The notes under the pieces: generated by a model | Told to the model about the DNA's origin: nothing | Databases searched by the model: none | What the model saw: the letters and a program-made list of their open reading frames with translations, nothing else | Shown: positions 1 to 12,511 of the stretch, piece by piece | How positions within the stretch are numbered: the first letter of the stretch is position 1 | Layout: each line of letters opens with the position of its first letter | Source of the DNA: Blepharisma stoltei ATCC 30299 | Lineage: Eukaryota > Protista > Ciliophora | Length of the DNA stretch: 64,000 nucleotides | Assembly: GCA_965603825.1 (NCBI GenBank) | Contig: CBFDEM010000063.1 | Span: 310,001 to 374,000, forward strand | Reading direction: 5' to 3' | Program-made: the position numbers and the translations under genes

Positions 1-555
1 AAATACTTTATTTGCATTGCAGTGTTTTTGTTCGTATTTGAACTTTTCTTTGGAGCTTATGTAGGGTTTATTATTACTTTTCTTATTGCTTTATCGTCGT
101 GGGCAGTTGTTGGGTTGTGCTTTATTTTCAATGAAATGATAGGAGGACATACCACAGATATGAATGCAGTCAGTGGACTAAATTTCTTGATATCATGCTG
201 CATTGCAATAGAGTCAATAATTTATGTTACAGCTGAATTTTTGAATAAATTCGAACAAGCAAAGTCTCAAAAATCGCAAGCAAGCAGAGACCAAAATTCA
301 AAAATTGTGATTTCTCAGCTTAGTCCAATTCTGGTAGGCCAAATTCTTACCCAGTTAATAGGGATTATCCCGCTTGCTTGCTTCTCAAGTGATTTTTACA
401 GCCTCTATTTCTTTAGGATCTATCTTTTTGCTATGCTTTTAGGGCTGTTCTATGGGACTGTTTTGCAGCCTATAGTTCTTTCTTATCTTTTCCCTGTGAG
501 ATCGGCTTATACCTCACCTCCTCCTGTTGAAAAGGAACTTTTAATGAAGTCATAA
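1..555 (+). CDS. NPC1/patched-family (RND-like sterol transporter) C-terminal part, 5'-truncated by the window edge
   Basis: Open frame from base 1 to TAA at 553-555. Several TM helices ending YFFRIYLFAMLLGLFYGTVLQPIVLSY, which resembles the last NPC1 helix. C-terminal EKELL dileucine-like tail. Confidence 0.75.
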   Translation, partial: KYFICIAVFLFVFELFFGAYVGFIITFLIALSSWAVVGLCFIFNEMIGGHTTDMNAVSGLNFLISCCIAIESIIYVTAEFLNKFEQAKSQKSQASRDQNSKIVISQLSPILVGQILTQLIGIIPLACFSSDFYSLYFFRIYLFAMLLGLFYGTVLQPIVLSYLFPVRSAYTSPPPVEKELLMKS

Positions 556-642
556 TTATAACTAAATAATTATTATAGTAATATGGAGTGGCAATCTAAT
601 TTTTTTGCAATAAATTTAATATTAAAAAGTTGTTTTATAAAT

Positions 643-1389
643 ATGGAGCCTAGCTATTATGACAAGCAGCTTAACCTATTAAATGAAGGGAAAACCTATG
701 AATTTGCCCAGAATATTCTTAACAGAGCGAGAAGACTGATATCAAGAGGTCAGCATGCAGAAAGCATAGACATTGCTTTGAGAGCAGCTCTCGAGCTTCT
801 GAAAAGACAGACCATACCAAATGAGCTGCTTGATATTATTGTTCAGACCTCACAAAACTCTCCTCCAAATTCAGATTTAATTGAAGAAATCTATTCTCAT
901 TTATCAGCACCTAACGACATCGCATTTCTTAAAAAGCTCTGTAAGAATTGCCCAGATCCCAAAATTTATGCACTTATAGCAAGAGCATTAGACGATTCTG
1001 GCGACCTTGGAAAATCTCTATTATACTGAATTGGAGCTGGGAGTTACAGAGAAATCATCAGAATTTTACAAATTTTAATAGACAGAGGCTATCCAGGCGA
1101 AATTGATCTTTTTGTCTGCAGAACAGTTCTGATCCTTCTCTCCTTCAAGAATTTATCCTTAGCCCAGCATATTATTGGAGAATTTAAATACGTAGATACC
1201 CCTCTGCTAAACTTCACCAGATTTCTAATCCAAGCTCTCGACGTCAAAGAATTTTCACTTGTGGGAATCCTGAAAGAGAGATATGCGCCAACACTTCAAA
1301 GAGATCTGAATTTGATAAAATATTTAGAGCATGTAGAAAAGGCGTTTTCAGCAGAAGCTCCTAATTATATTCCTAATATTTTAGATTAG
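643..1389 (+). CDS. GET4: GET4/TRC35-like tail-anchored protein targeting factor (248 aa, one TGA=Trp)
   Basis: Reading through TGA at 1027-1029 gives GYPGEIDLFVCRTVL..KN..A...PLLNF..FL....ILKERYAPTLQRD...YL, the GET4 C-terminal pattern. Ends at TAG 1387-1389. ATG 643 preferred over 583 because it follows an AT-rich leader. Confidence 0.8.
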
Positions 1390-1548
1390 CTATAAATATA
1401 CAAAAATAGTCAATTATTTTTATAAATCAACGATTAAGTCTATATTGATAGGCAAAATAGGCTTATTATTTTAAATCATTTCAATATAAAAATTTGAGAG
1501 TTTTAATAGAAATTTGTAGTAACTATAGTTAAAAATTGTAGTAAGAAT

Positions 1549-2601
1549 ATGGCTGAGAGCTTGAAAATCACTATCACTAATAACCTCAAAAATGCTTTAG
1601 TCGAACGATATGAAGTGGCCAGCAAAGGACTAAGAGGCTCACGAAGAGATGAAAAAGATGGGATTTTAAAAATCGGACGAGGAATTTCCGATGAGTGGGG
1701 CAATGCAATTAATGACATTTGCTTGAGCTCAGATGATAGTGCTATTAGTAGAAAACACTGTGAGCTTGAGTACCAGTTTGGATTTAAAGGAACTATTCCT
1801 TTAAATTTCTTTAACTTCTTGCTTGCAAGGCTCCCCAAAAATGAGTCTAGATCAGTCTGATATAATTTGCCTATAGAAATTTGTATATTGATATTTGAAT
1901 TTTTTAAAGAGCCAACTGGCTTTTATGCTAAAGATTTAGGAAGCAAATTTGGAACATTTATTAGAATCGGTGACGAAGGCGTTGTTTTAAAGTCTAATTA
2001 TGGTTTCAGAATTGGCGAATCTGCAGAATTCTCTATACTTGAATGCCAATATACTCATATAGATTATACAGATCGCTTTTTCCGAGGAATCAGTCGAGGC
2101 GAAAAAGTTTTGATTCATCAAGACTACGTGCAATATGTTGATATGGATAGAAGCGATTACCCAGCTGATGAAAAACCTGGATTTCCCTATTTAGATATAA
2201 GAATTAAAGATGACTCGACAACTAAAGAAAGGTGATTTAAAGTTATAGCAACTGAAAAGAAATCAGTATTTACTATTGGGAGAAGCGAAGAAGCTGATAT
2301 GCCGATAGATCAGAGCAGCAAAATGGTATCAAGGATCCAATGTGTGCTGATATATAGCCTTAAAGACCAAGAATGAAGGCTCACTGATGGGGATGGGGCA
2401 AATAAAAGCTCTAATGGGACTTGGCTGAATCTTCAATATTACCAAGAGCAGAACCCATTAGGGACTCTGAAGCCGAAATCAATGAAATTAGCACTCCCAA
2501 ATAAGTGCGAAATGAGGATATCACAGCAGTTTTTAACGTTTGAGTTGACGAAGAATAATCATGATGCCAAAAAAGAGATAACCTTGAAAAAGAGGGTATA
2601 A
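1549..2601 (+). CDS. Dual FHA-domain protein (350 aa, three TGA=Trp)
   Basis: One frame through TGA at 1858, 2233 and 2374 to TAA 2599-2601. FHA1: IGR...ISRKH...DLGSKFGTF. FHA2: TIGR...VSRIQ...TDG..KSSNGTW. Confidence 0.8.
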
Positions 2602-2906
2602 TTTTAAAAATATCAAAAAATTCAGAAATTAGCCTCTAATTGGTTTTCAACAGTCAAAAATGATAATATTTTTCAGTTTAAAATACTTTTTTAGCCTATT
2701 TTAATTAAACTTTGACTCATTGCTACTCTCACTTCTAAATCCTTTTCTCTTCTGATGCCATTTTCTATAAATATTTACCCCCGATTAAATCCAAAAATAA
2801 AATGAATTTTTTGCTTCACTATTTAAATTGTATCTATTTGTGCCTCTTGTTTATAATAAACTAAATTAAAGAATAATTTCTCCTGACTTATGGTGGTTAA
2901 TAATAA

Positions 2907-5900
2907 ATGGTTGACTCGAAACTTAACCAGCCTCTTCTTGGTATTGAGCTGAGAGGAAAATCAAATGTAAGTGACGATTCGCCTATAGAAAAGCAGCCTT
3001 CAATTTCAAGCGGCTCTTTGGCTATTATGACGCACTTGGCAACTTCAGCTGTCATCAATAATCTTTCACAAGCAGGCCAGCAATTCAGTGACGAAATCAA
3101 AGAAATTAATGATCATTTAACATTATACCATCCAGAACAAGCTATTATTCTGGACTTCCAAGGGAAAATCGCCATAAGCGAAGACGAAAACTGGGCTTTT
3201 GGAACTGGGCCTGGAGGAAATCTTGAACTTGTTCATATACCTTCAAAAATGTACAAGTCATTTAAAGTGGTCCAAGGCAGAGAGCCTGTGACAAATCGCA
3301 TCTTCTTTTCCCTCACATCAAAAACTATAGAAACTGAGGGCACAAAAGCAACCTACATTTTAGCAGCAACAAACGAAGGAAAAATTATCAAAGTTTCAGC
3401 TGAAGGCTTAATAAATAAATACCATGAAGAAAGAAAAGAGGAGCCTAAGCCTAAGCCACAAGAAGAGAAAAAAGAAGCCCCACTTCCGAAGCCCATCTTC
3501 GTCCAGGCAGAAAAAGTCTATACTCACCACCAAAAAGCTGTGAGAAGCATCAAAAGCCCAAAAAACTCAAGTTTCGTCTATTCATCAGATGAAGACGGAA
3601 ATGTGTTTAGATTCAGAATTGATGTAGATGAAGAGCCAGAGCTCTTATTCAACAATCCAGATGGTGTAAGCACTATTGATATCAGCCAAGATGAAAAGCA
3701 TCTCATATGCGGAGGAAGAAACCTTTTGGTCAAAGTCTATAACTTGGAAACCAGAAGAGAAGAAACTGTGTTAGGTCCAATGTCTGATCCAATTTGGACA
3801 GTTAAATTTTCTCCAAAGAAAAATATAGCTGCAGGAACATTTAAAGGAGAAGTTAGGCTTTGGGAATGGGAAACCTGGAACCTCAAGCAGATTTTCCAAG
3901 GAAACGAAAAATCAGCAACTAGCATAGACTTCATTTATGATGAAGAGTACTTAATAACTACTTCTAATGATACTACAGTCAGAATTTGGAGTATGGCAAC
4001 AGGCGAGCCAAATGTCGTGCTGAGAAATCACAAAAGAGAAGTAATTGATCTTCATGTCAGAGGAAATAAATTTTATACTGTAGCCAGAGATAAAAGACTT
4101 TTAATATGGACACTTCCTCAATTGACTGATGAAGTTCGTTTTCCAGCCCATAATGGCGAAATCGTAAAACTTGCCTTCAGCCAAAAACACAGCCTGTATT
4201 TTTCATTTGCAGGAGATAGGAAGGTGATGGTATGGGACGCAACAAATAATAGCAAAGTGGCTGAATTAGCAGTTGAAGGATGGGGGTTATATATGAGTTT
4301 AACTCCTGACGAAGACTACGTAATCACATGCTCTAAGAACAAAAAGCTGGTCTTTTGGGAAATGCTGACTTGGACCCCTAAGTTTTATCAGATACCTGAC
4401 GGAAGCTCTGTATCGTGCATGAGGTTTAGTGCAGACGGAAGCTTGTTCCTTACTGGTGACGAAAAATTCAAGGTCAAAGTCATTAACTATGCCTCTCCTT
4501 CTGAGCTCCCAATAAAATGTGAGTTTCACACTCATCAAAACCAAATCACAGCACTTGCTATAAAGGATGACAACTCTATGGCGTTTTCAGGAAGTGAAGC
4601 TGGACATATAATTGCCCATGATTTAATAACTCTTGAAGAGTTTCCTATGCAAGGCCATACTGAAAGTGTGTCAGCAATAGAGGTAATCAGCTATAAAAAC
4701 TTATTGCTGTCCAGCTCATTCGATAAAGCAGTGAGACTATGGAGCATTGAGAAAAAACAGTGTATGAAAATAATTGAACACCACACTGACAGAGTTTGTG
4801 GACTCTACATCACAAAGGACAAAAACAACCTTTTCATCAACTGTCTTGATAAAACTATAACTTTGTGGGATCTTCACAGCTTGTCACTCATAACTTCATT
4901 TGATGTGAGTAGAGGGGGAAGATGCTTAGCTGTTTCTGCTGATGAAAAAATTATGTATATTTCTCAAGAAAAAGACTTATCTACAAGGGCAAATCCATTG
5001 CAGAGTAAATTCGGACTATTTGGCCCAGGGAAAAACTACTTTGCCTTTATGGGATATATTAAGTCTTTAATGAGAGAAGAAAAGACTAAATATATCGCAG
5101 ATCTTGATAAATGGACAGTTATGCCGAATAAGATAGCTCCTATGCATCTGTTTGCGTTCTATAACTTGCCAGGACATCTGAGAGAGTCTTTTGCAAGAAA
5201 CAGCACTTTCTTCCAGACTGCAAGTGGTGAAAACCCTCTTTCTTTAGCCTTAGTCAGGAAATTCACTGAATGCGTAAACACTATCTTGCTTGGATTTTGT
5301 AATAAAATTGCATTCAATCCTTATGAAGTTTCAATTGTTAGCAAGCATATAATTGACCTTAACAGGGGAGGATTCAAAGCATTGGATTCATTTTATCAAA
5401 ATTTGCTGACCCCAGCGAGAAGCTCATTTTTACCCAAGTTTTGTCTTAATACAGTAGCTTTGCCAGTTATTGTACAATCCCCAACTCCTTCAGTTCTGCC
5501 AGACAGCTTTGTCCCTATGGATCAGTATGCAAATGAAGGAATAGCCATTGCTTTCTTAAGAAGTCCTATTTCACTAAACACCATAGCTGGCTCAAAAGAA
5601 AGCATTGATTTCTTAGAAAGCTTATTGCAGTGTTCAAATAAAGAAGTTCTAAGGACCAAATTCATTAGCGTCTTACTAGAGCAAAAATGGAAGAATATCA
5701 GATATATTTTGATTACCCAAGCTTTATTCTTTATAACATATCTTGTCTTGCTATCAACCTATACCTTAGGCTACCTTTACGATAAAGAGTTTTTGGTGCC
5801 TGTTTTTACAATCAATCTTTTATTGCTAATGTACGAGATCTATCAAATGGTTGTATGCGGGTTTGGGTACTTTAAAGAAGTTTGGAACTATTTCGATATT

Positions 5901-6707
5901 TTCCGATGCGTATTAACAATAATTTACTCTTATCTAGTTTGGGATGACGACACAGGAGAAGTCACTCAAAGCCTCCTTGTCATTCTTACTTTAATTTCTT
6001 GGATAAGAGGCATCACATTTTTCAGCATTTTCGAGGACACCAGATACATGATTCAGCTACTCACAGAAGTCTTTATGGATATCAAATCTTTCTTGATGCT
6101 TCTGTTTTACTCCACTTTAGCTTTTGCCTTTGTTTTCATTTCGATAGAAGTCTCTAAGACGCCAGATTCTGATTTTGGAAGCTTCCTTTCAAATTCATAT
6201 TTGCTTGATTTAGGCGACTTTGGCACTGACTCTTTCTCAGGTCTGGAATGGGCAATTTTCTTTATTGCGTCAGTTATAAACCCTCTTGTCATGATGAACT
6301 TATTGATTTCCATTATTGGGGATACTTATGACAGAGTCCAAGAAGGCATTGTGATTGCTGATAAAATGGAGCTGATTGAGCTGATTCTGGAAGGAGAAAC
6401 ATTGTTGTTCTGGAGAAGAAATTTGACAGGAAACGTCTATTTGCAGATGCTGACTTATAATGAAGCGGAAGAAGAAGAAGGGTGGCTTGGAAAAGTCAGA
6501 GAAATTACTACTAGGATTGCAAGTATGGGAGAAACTTTGGATGAGAGTATTGAAAATCACGATAAACGCTTCGAAAAAATCGACCATGAGCTGGGAGTGC
6601 TTAAAGAGAGTTTGGATGAAAAAATCGCAGGACTTTCTCTTCAGATTAATACGAAGATGAAGTACTTGGAAGAAATCATTCTCAAGAGCATTGGACAAAG
6701 CTCTTAA
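2907..6707 (+). CDS. WD40-repeat + TRP-like 6TM cation channel, copy 1 (1266 aa)
   Basis: Many GH..WD-type repeats, an ankyrin-like helical segment (NPLSLAL...ECVNTIL), S1-S6 with WNYFD, pore LGDF, S6 NLLISIIGDTYDRV (TRPV/TRPA-like), and a C-terminal coiled coil. Confidence 0.85.
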   Translation: MVDSKLNQPLLGIELRGKSNVSDDSPIEKQPSISSGSLAIMTHLATSAVINNLSQAGQQFSDEIKEINDHLTLYHPEQAIILDFQGKIAISEDENWAFGTGPGGNLELVHIPSKMYKSFKVVQGREPVTNRIFFSLTSKTIETEGTKATYILAATNEGKIIKVSAEGLINKYHEERKEEPKPKPQEEKKEAPLPKPIFVQAEKVYTHHQKAVRSIKSPKNSSFVYSSDEDGNVFRFRIDVDEEPELLFNNPDGVSTIDISQDEKHLICGGRNLLVKVYNLETRREETVLGPMSDPIWTVKFSPKKNIAAGTFKGEVRLWEWETWNLKQIFQGNEKSATSIDFIYDEEYLITTSNDTTVRIWSMATGEPNVVLRNHKREVIDLHVRGNKFYTVARDKRLLIWTLPQLTDEVRFPAHNGEIVKLAFSQKHSLYFSFAGDRKVMVWDATNNSKVAELAVEGWGLYMSLTPDEDYVITCSKNKKLVFWEMLTWTPKFYQIPDGSSVSCMRFSADGSLFLTGDEKFKVKVINYASPSELPIKCEFHTHQNQITALAIKDDNSMAFSGSEAGHIIAHDLITLEEFPMQGHTESVSAIEVISYKNLLLSSSFDKAVRLWSIEKKQCMKIIEHHTDRVCGLYITKDKNNLFINCLDKTITLWDLHSLSLITSFDVSRGGRCLAVSADEKIMYISQEKDLSTRANPLQSKFGLFGPGKNYFAFMGYIKSLMREEKTKYIADLDKWTVMPNKIAPMHLFAFYNLPGHLRESFARNSTFFQTASGENPLSLALVRKFTECVNTILLGFCNKIAFNPYEVSIVSKHIIDLNRGGFKALDSFYQNLLTPARSSFLPKFCLNTVALPVIVQSPTPSVLPDSFVPMDQYANEGIAIAFLRSPISLNTIAGSKESIDFLESLLQCSNKEVLRTKFISVLLEQKWKNIRYILITQALFFITYLVLLSTYTLGYLYDKEFLVPVFTINLLLLMYEIYQMVVCGFGYFKEVWNYFDIFRCVLTIIYSYLVWDDDTGEVTQSLLVILTLISWIRGITFFSIFEDTRYMIQLLTEVFMDIKSFLMLLFYSTLAFAFVFISIEVSKTPDSDFGSFLSNSYLLDLGDFGTDSFSGLEWAIFFIASVINPLVMMNLLISIIGDTYDRVQEGIVIADKMELIELILEGETLLFWRRNLTGNVYLQMLTYNEAEEEEGWLGKVREITTRIASMGETLDESIENHDKRFEKIDHELGVLKESLDEKIAGLSLQINTKMKYLEEIILKSIGQSS

Positions 6708-6870
6708 TTTAAAGCTAAACTTTAAAATCGGATTAATATCGTAATATTTAATTTTCTGAATGATAAAAACTGAAAATATTATTTGATTTAAATTAAGATT
6801 AAACGACATATAAAGATGAGTAAATTAAAATTTTTTATTATGTCAAATCAAATGGCTGGTAAAATATAAT

Positions 6871-9800
6871 ATGGTTGAGTCAAATCTAAAAGAATTACTT
6901 CTCCCACAAGTAATTTCAGATAGCTTAAAGGCAATTGAAAACAATAATTCTTTAAATGACTCACAAAACCAAAATCAAACATTAAAATCTACTAAAAATG
7001 CTCAGTCAATTATTTTAGGACAGCTGGAAAAAGGTGATTTTGGTAACGAAATTAAAGCGATTAACCAAAAGCTAAAGCTATTCCACCCTGAAGAAATCAG
7101 TAATCCTTTTAGTTACAAGTTTATTTTAACAAAGGATAGAAAATATATAATTTCAGGGCAAAATGATGGAAAGATTGACATTATTGACTTAGAATCAAAA
7201 ACAACAAAAACACAAATTATTGGAAATGATGTTATAAATTGTTTGGCTATTGACAGCAGCGATTCATATTTATACATTCCAGCTCAAGACGGGCATATTA
7301 AAAAGATTATTCAATGGAATAATTTCAGCGAAGTTGCTGATTGGGAGGCTCATAAAGGGACAATTAAAGCCTTAAAGATTTCTAATGATGATAAGTGGAT
7401 ATTTTCTTGTGGAGAAGATGGAAAAATTATTAAAAATAATGCAGAAACAGGAGAATTAGGAGGAATTTTGTATTTGCATGAAGGATCGGCTAATTGCTTA
7501 GATATTAGCGCTGACGATGGTTTTTTAGTCAGTGGAGGAAATGATAGGTTTATAAAAATATTTGATTTACTAGCAGGAAAGGTAGAAGCTGTATTAGAGC
7601 CTATGAATAAGAGTGTTTGGTGCGTAAAAATCTCAAATAAAAAAATCATTGCAGGAGGATCTTTAGATGGCGAAATCCGTCTTTGGGAATGAGGCACCTG
7701 GGATGTCAAGCAAAGCTTAATTGGCCACAAAAAAGCATGCACTTCTATTCAATTTCTTAAAGGCGAAGATTATTTGCTATCAGGCAGTAATGATGGCTCA
7801 ATAAGAATATGAAATATTTTAACAGGATCTTCAGAGATTACCCTGAAAAATCACCGTAAAGAAGTTATTGACATTTGTGTGAGTAGCAATAAAATGTACT
7901 CAATCGGTAAAGATAACAAATTATTAATTTGGTCATTGCAAAAAACTAACGAATTATCAAGAATAAAAGCTCATGATGGAGAAATTCTTAAGCTTGCTTA
8001 TAGTGAAAAACATAGCGCATTGTTTTCTATGGGAAGGGATAACAAAATCATTGGGTGAAATTCCAGCGATTTTACCAAAATCTATGAATTTTCTATTAAA
8101 AAGTGGGCATTATTTATGTGCTTAGCCCCAGATGAAGATTATTTGGTATCAGCTTCAAAGGATAGATCAATAATTTTTATTGATATCGCAGATGGTAGTA
8201 CAATAGTCCATAATTTGGATGACAAATCTTGTGTGACAACACTTTTGTTTTCTGAAAATGGTAAATATCTTATCACTGGAGATGATAAATGCAAAGTAAA
8301 AGTATCAAAATATAAGTCTCCTCAGAAGATTAAGTTTAAATCGGAATATTCTTCTCATATTCACTCGATATCAAGTTTAGCAATAACAAGTAATAATACT
8401 TTACTTTTTTCAGGAAGCCAGTCAGGAGATATTTGGGTGCATGATCTGCATCAAAAAACTAATATTGCTGAGCTGAATGGCCATTCCGAAACTGTGTCAA
8501 AGATGAAAGTATCAAGAGATAGTAAGCACTTAATATCTATTTCATATGATAAATCAATCCGCATATGGAACATAGAAAAAAAATTCTGTGCAAGAGTTAT
8601 CAATCATCATTTAGAAAGAATTTATGACCTTTATTTATCCAAAGATGGGCAAGTCTTTTATACTCGGTCTTTAGATAGCACTATTGCTATATGAAGTTAT
8701 GAAAGCTTTTCACTTATCACTTCCTTTGAGTTCTTACAAGGAGGAAGAGCGCTTGAAGCTTCAGCTGACGAAAAGTTATTATATATTGCTGAAGGTGAAG
8801 AAATCACCTGCAAAAAAAGTCCTTTGTCAATTGGCATAGGACTTTATGGCCCAGGGAAAAATTATTACTCTTTCTTAGGATACATTAAAAGCATTTTAAG
8901 AGGTGACAAACCTAAGCATGTGCCTATTTTAGACAAATGGGTTATCATGCCTTATAAGATTAATGCTCTGCACTTATATGCTTATTTTAATATGCCAAAA
9001 CACCTTAAAGAAGCCATTTGTAAAGGATCTGCATCTTTTTATGAAACTTCTCAAGGAAAATCACCTATCAGCCTATGTTTGGAAAGGAATTTCACAGACT
9101 GTGTTAACTCAATATTGAACAGTTGCAAGAAAAAAATCCAAGAAAATCCTTACGAAATTGCATTAATCAGCAAAGATATAGTGAAATTAAACTTGAGAGG
9201 ATTTTCAGGGCTGCATAACTTTTATAAATGCATCTTTTATCCATCAAAAGCAGAGTATCTACCTAAGTTTTGTATTGAGTCGTCAAGTTTGCCAATTCTT
9301 CATTTATCTACCTGCCTTTCAGTTGTCCCAGCTTCATTTTTGAAAGAGGAACAATTTAGCAATGATGGGCAATCAATAGTATTTCTTGAAAGTGCCATTT
9401 ATTTAAATACAATTGCTGGATCTGCAGAAAGTTTAGAATTTTTAAATAGTTTAGTTGAGTCAAAAAATTCAGAAATTTTAAGAACTGATTTTATCAATGA
9501 ATTTATCAAGCAAAAATGGAAGAAAATATGGCCAATTTTATGTCTTCAAGGGTTTATCTATGCTTTATTCTTGATATTTTTATGTGTCCACTTGCTTTTC
9601 TATTTAAAAGATGGAACAATGCTGGCTCCTTTATTTGTAACTAACTTTTTCCTTCTATTATATGAGATTTATCAAATGGGGGTAAGCGGCTCTAGCTATT
9701 TGTCTGACTTATGGAATTATTGGGATGTGGCAAGATGCTTGTTGACGATTTTTTACCTTTATGTGGAATGGGGAGAGCCAACTGATGAAGGGATTAATAC

Positions 9801-10500
9801 ATTATCAACCTTTTTGTTTTTAGTTTCATGTATAAGAGGAGTGGCATATTTCAGACTTTTGCAGGAAACTAGATACATGATAGAGCTTTTGCAAGAAGTC
9901 ATCCTTGATATTCGTCCTTTTATTTTCCTTTATATTTATACAACTTTCTGCTTTGGAATGATTGTTACCTTGTTGACCAATGAGCACTCAGGTCTTTTCT
10001 ATGTTTTCTTAGGGACTTCTCATTTTTATAACTACAATAATTTCCAGTCAAGCGATTTTTTCCCATTCGAGTATGTTTTGATGCTTATTGTAGGACTGAT
10101 TAACCCTATTATTATGGCAAATTTATTGATTTCTATTATTGGGGATACATATGATAGGGTACAAGAAGGAATAACAATTGCAGACAGAAAAGAGTTAGTT
10201 AGACTGATTATAGAAGGGGAAACATTAATGTTTTGGAGAAGAGGGAGAACTGCAAAATATTTCATGCAAATGTGCTTGGCTGGAGAAAAAGAAGACGAAG
10301 ATGATGGCTGGCTTGGAAAAGTTAGAGAAATCACGTTGAAAATTAATAGGCTGGCATTGAACATTGAAGAAAACTTCGAAAATAACGAAAAAACGTTGAC
10401 TCAAAGCATAAAAATTAATGAAAAAATGAACGAAAAGATAAATCAAATGAACTCAAGAATGATGAACATAGAAAAGCTACTCATGAAAAACCAGAATTAG
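6871..10500 (+). CDS. WD40-repeat + TRP-like channel, copy 2 (1209 aa, four TGA=Trp)
   Basis: ORF pieces starting at 6871, 8116 and 8824 are in one frame. TGA at 7690, 7810, 8056 and 8692 each align with Trp in copy 1. Ends in TAG. Confidence 0.85.
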
Positions 10501-10558
10501 GGAGTTTTAATCTTAATTTAAGCTATTGAAAATACTCCATCATTAATTAAATGAACCC

Positions 10559-12406
10559 TTAATAGTTTGGCATCGCTTCTATATGCATATAGCAGTTTAT
10601 TAGCCATGAAGATGAGAGCTCATGCAACCCTTCTTTGTTTTCCACAATTTCTAATCCTTTTTCACTGACTTCAGCACCTAAAGCTGCAGCTAAGTGTTGA
10701 TAGACTTGAAGCTTTTTATAGGTGTAGCCGTCTTTTCCAAGTTTTTCAGAATATTTCTTGAAGCTGAGTTCAAATCCTTTTAGGATGGATTTCCTATGCT
10801 CTGTAAATTCATAAATCGCTGTTCTTTGAGATCCATTTTTCAAGAAATTCGCATAGGCAGCCTTAAGAGCTTGGCCAATAGAAAACAGGTTTGAAATTGC
10901 AGGAGGTTCACATATATATTTCATGTGATCTGAAATCCTATGATTTGCTAACTCAGAAGAATACACAAATGTTAATTTTGATGGCACTGTCAAAGGAAAG
11001 AATGGTATCACAGGCACACAAAATTCTGAATTTTTCCATATAAGTTGTTGATCATCTATTATAATTACCATTTCTGGGTTTACCTTTACATCTAACCTTC
11101 TTGAAATTTCTTCAATGGATTTCTGCGAAGTCACTGAATAATTTGCCTCACACGCAATAATTCTTCTCCCAAAATATTTCCCATCAGGATCAATCAATTG
11201 TAGCACTTTTTCTGCATAAGGCCTTATAGCATTTGTGTATAGATAAAGCTCGCAGAATTTAGAAATTTCTTTTAAAAAATTATCAAGTCCTGGCCTTCTA
11301 ATAATAGCAAGAGCTAGTTTATCGACTATTACTTGCTCATATATATATTGGCATTTTGTTTGGAGCTGTTTTAGTTCATTGCCTTCATGAGCTGAAACAA
11401 GCGTGTTGTCTAGGTCTAAAATGACTATGAATTTCTCAAGCTGGCCACGAATACTTTCTGTGTTAATCAGAAAATCAATACCTTTAGTGTGTAAAAATGG
11501 AATTATTCTGGGGTCTTTTTTCTTATTTTCTGTATTAGTTCTGGAGGATGGGATTTGGATTGGAAGAGTTGGGATCACATTTTCTTTGTCTGATTCAGGG
11601 ACCGTATACTCTGCAGCAAACAGGTGATTTTTATTTTCTTCTTCTATGGTAGCAATTTCTTGGAAGCTGCTTATTTCTTCTAAAATTTCTCCTTCTTCTT
11701 CCATTTCTTCTGACTCTTCAAATCACTCCTCAACTTCCCCAAGCCCACAATCAAACCCTCAGCTATTTTTCTTTATATCTTCTTCAAATTCATTAATTTT
11801 CTGCTGCTTTCTTATAAACAGCTCCTCTAAATTGTGCATTTCTCCGCTTCTTTCTCTTTTCAGCCCTTCTTTCCTCTTCTTTTTATCGTTTTTTTTCTTT
11901 TCCCTTTCTTCTCTTCTCAAACTAAACGCAATTGTCTTTGAATTTTTCACAAGTCCTTCCACTCTATTCATATGCACATTAATTCTAAATTCATCAATAA
12001 TTTCCTGATAAAAAATACATGATCTTCTATAATACAGCTCAGAAAAAATCTGAAGAATAATGGAGGCGGTATCAGGATCTTTATTTACAATAGGGTAAAG
12101 ATCCTGAGTGATTATGAAAATTATAGCTTTAAATTCTTTAAAAAGAGCTTTATTTGTGGAGAGGGCAGCGTAGTTGCGGTTTGAAATAAGATTGAACTTA
12201 GAAAGCCAAATTTTGGTAAACACGAAATTTGGGGAGAGGATATGGGAGAAAAAGAGATGGAGCTGGGAGTGGGTTAAGTCAGAATCAGGGCGTAAGAGCT
12301 CGGGATTGGTGATATTTAGGTTGGCTTGCTGAATTTCTAATATTTCATCGTCACTTTCGTTGTGGAAGCCACTGAAAAGATCTTTAGATGTACACTGCTG
12401 CAACAT
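10559..12406 (-). CDS. FCP1/CPL-type RNA polymerase II CTD phosphatase (615 aa, two TGA=Trp)
   Basis: ORFs 11759-12406 and 10559-11704 join in frame via NS-W-GFDCGLGEVEE-W-FEES. HAD motif VILDLDNTLV, RPGLDNFL, LYTNAIRPYA, IIIDD, and a BRCT-like ending (SSWLINC). Confidence 0.85.
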
Positions 12407-12511
12407 TTAATATTAGCAAGGGGGTTAGAAATATTTAAAAATATGACTTTAAGAGTCAGGAAGTTGCAGAGTTATTATTATTTTTGCCTTGGGATTTTAA
12501 TCCCATTACTT

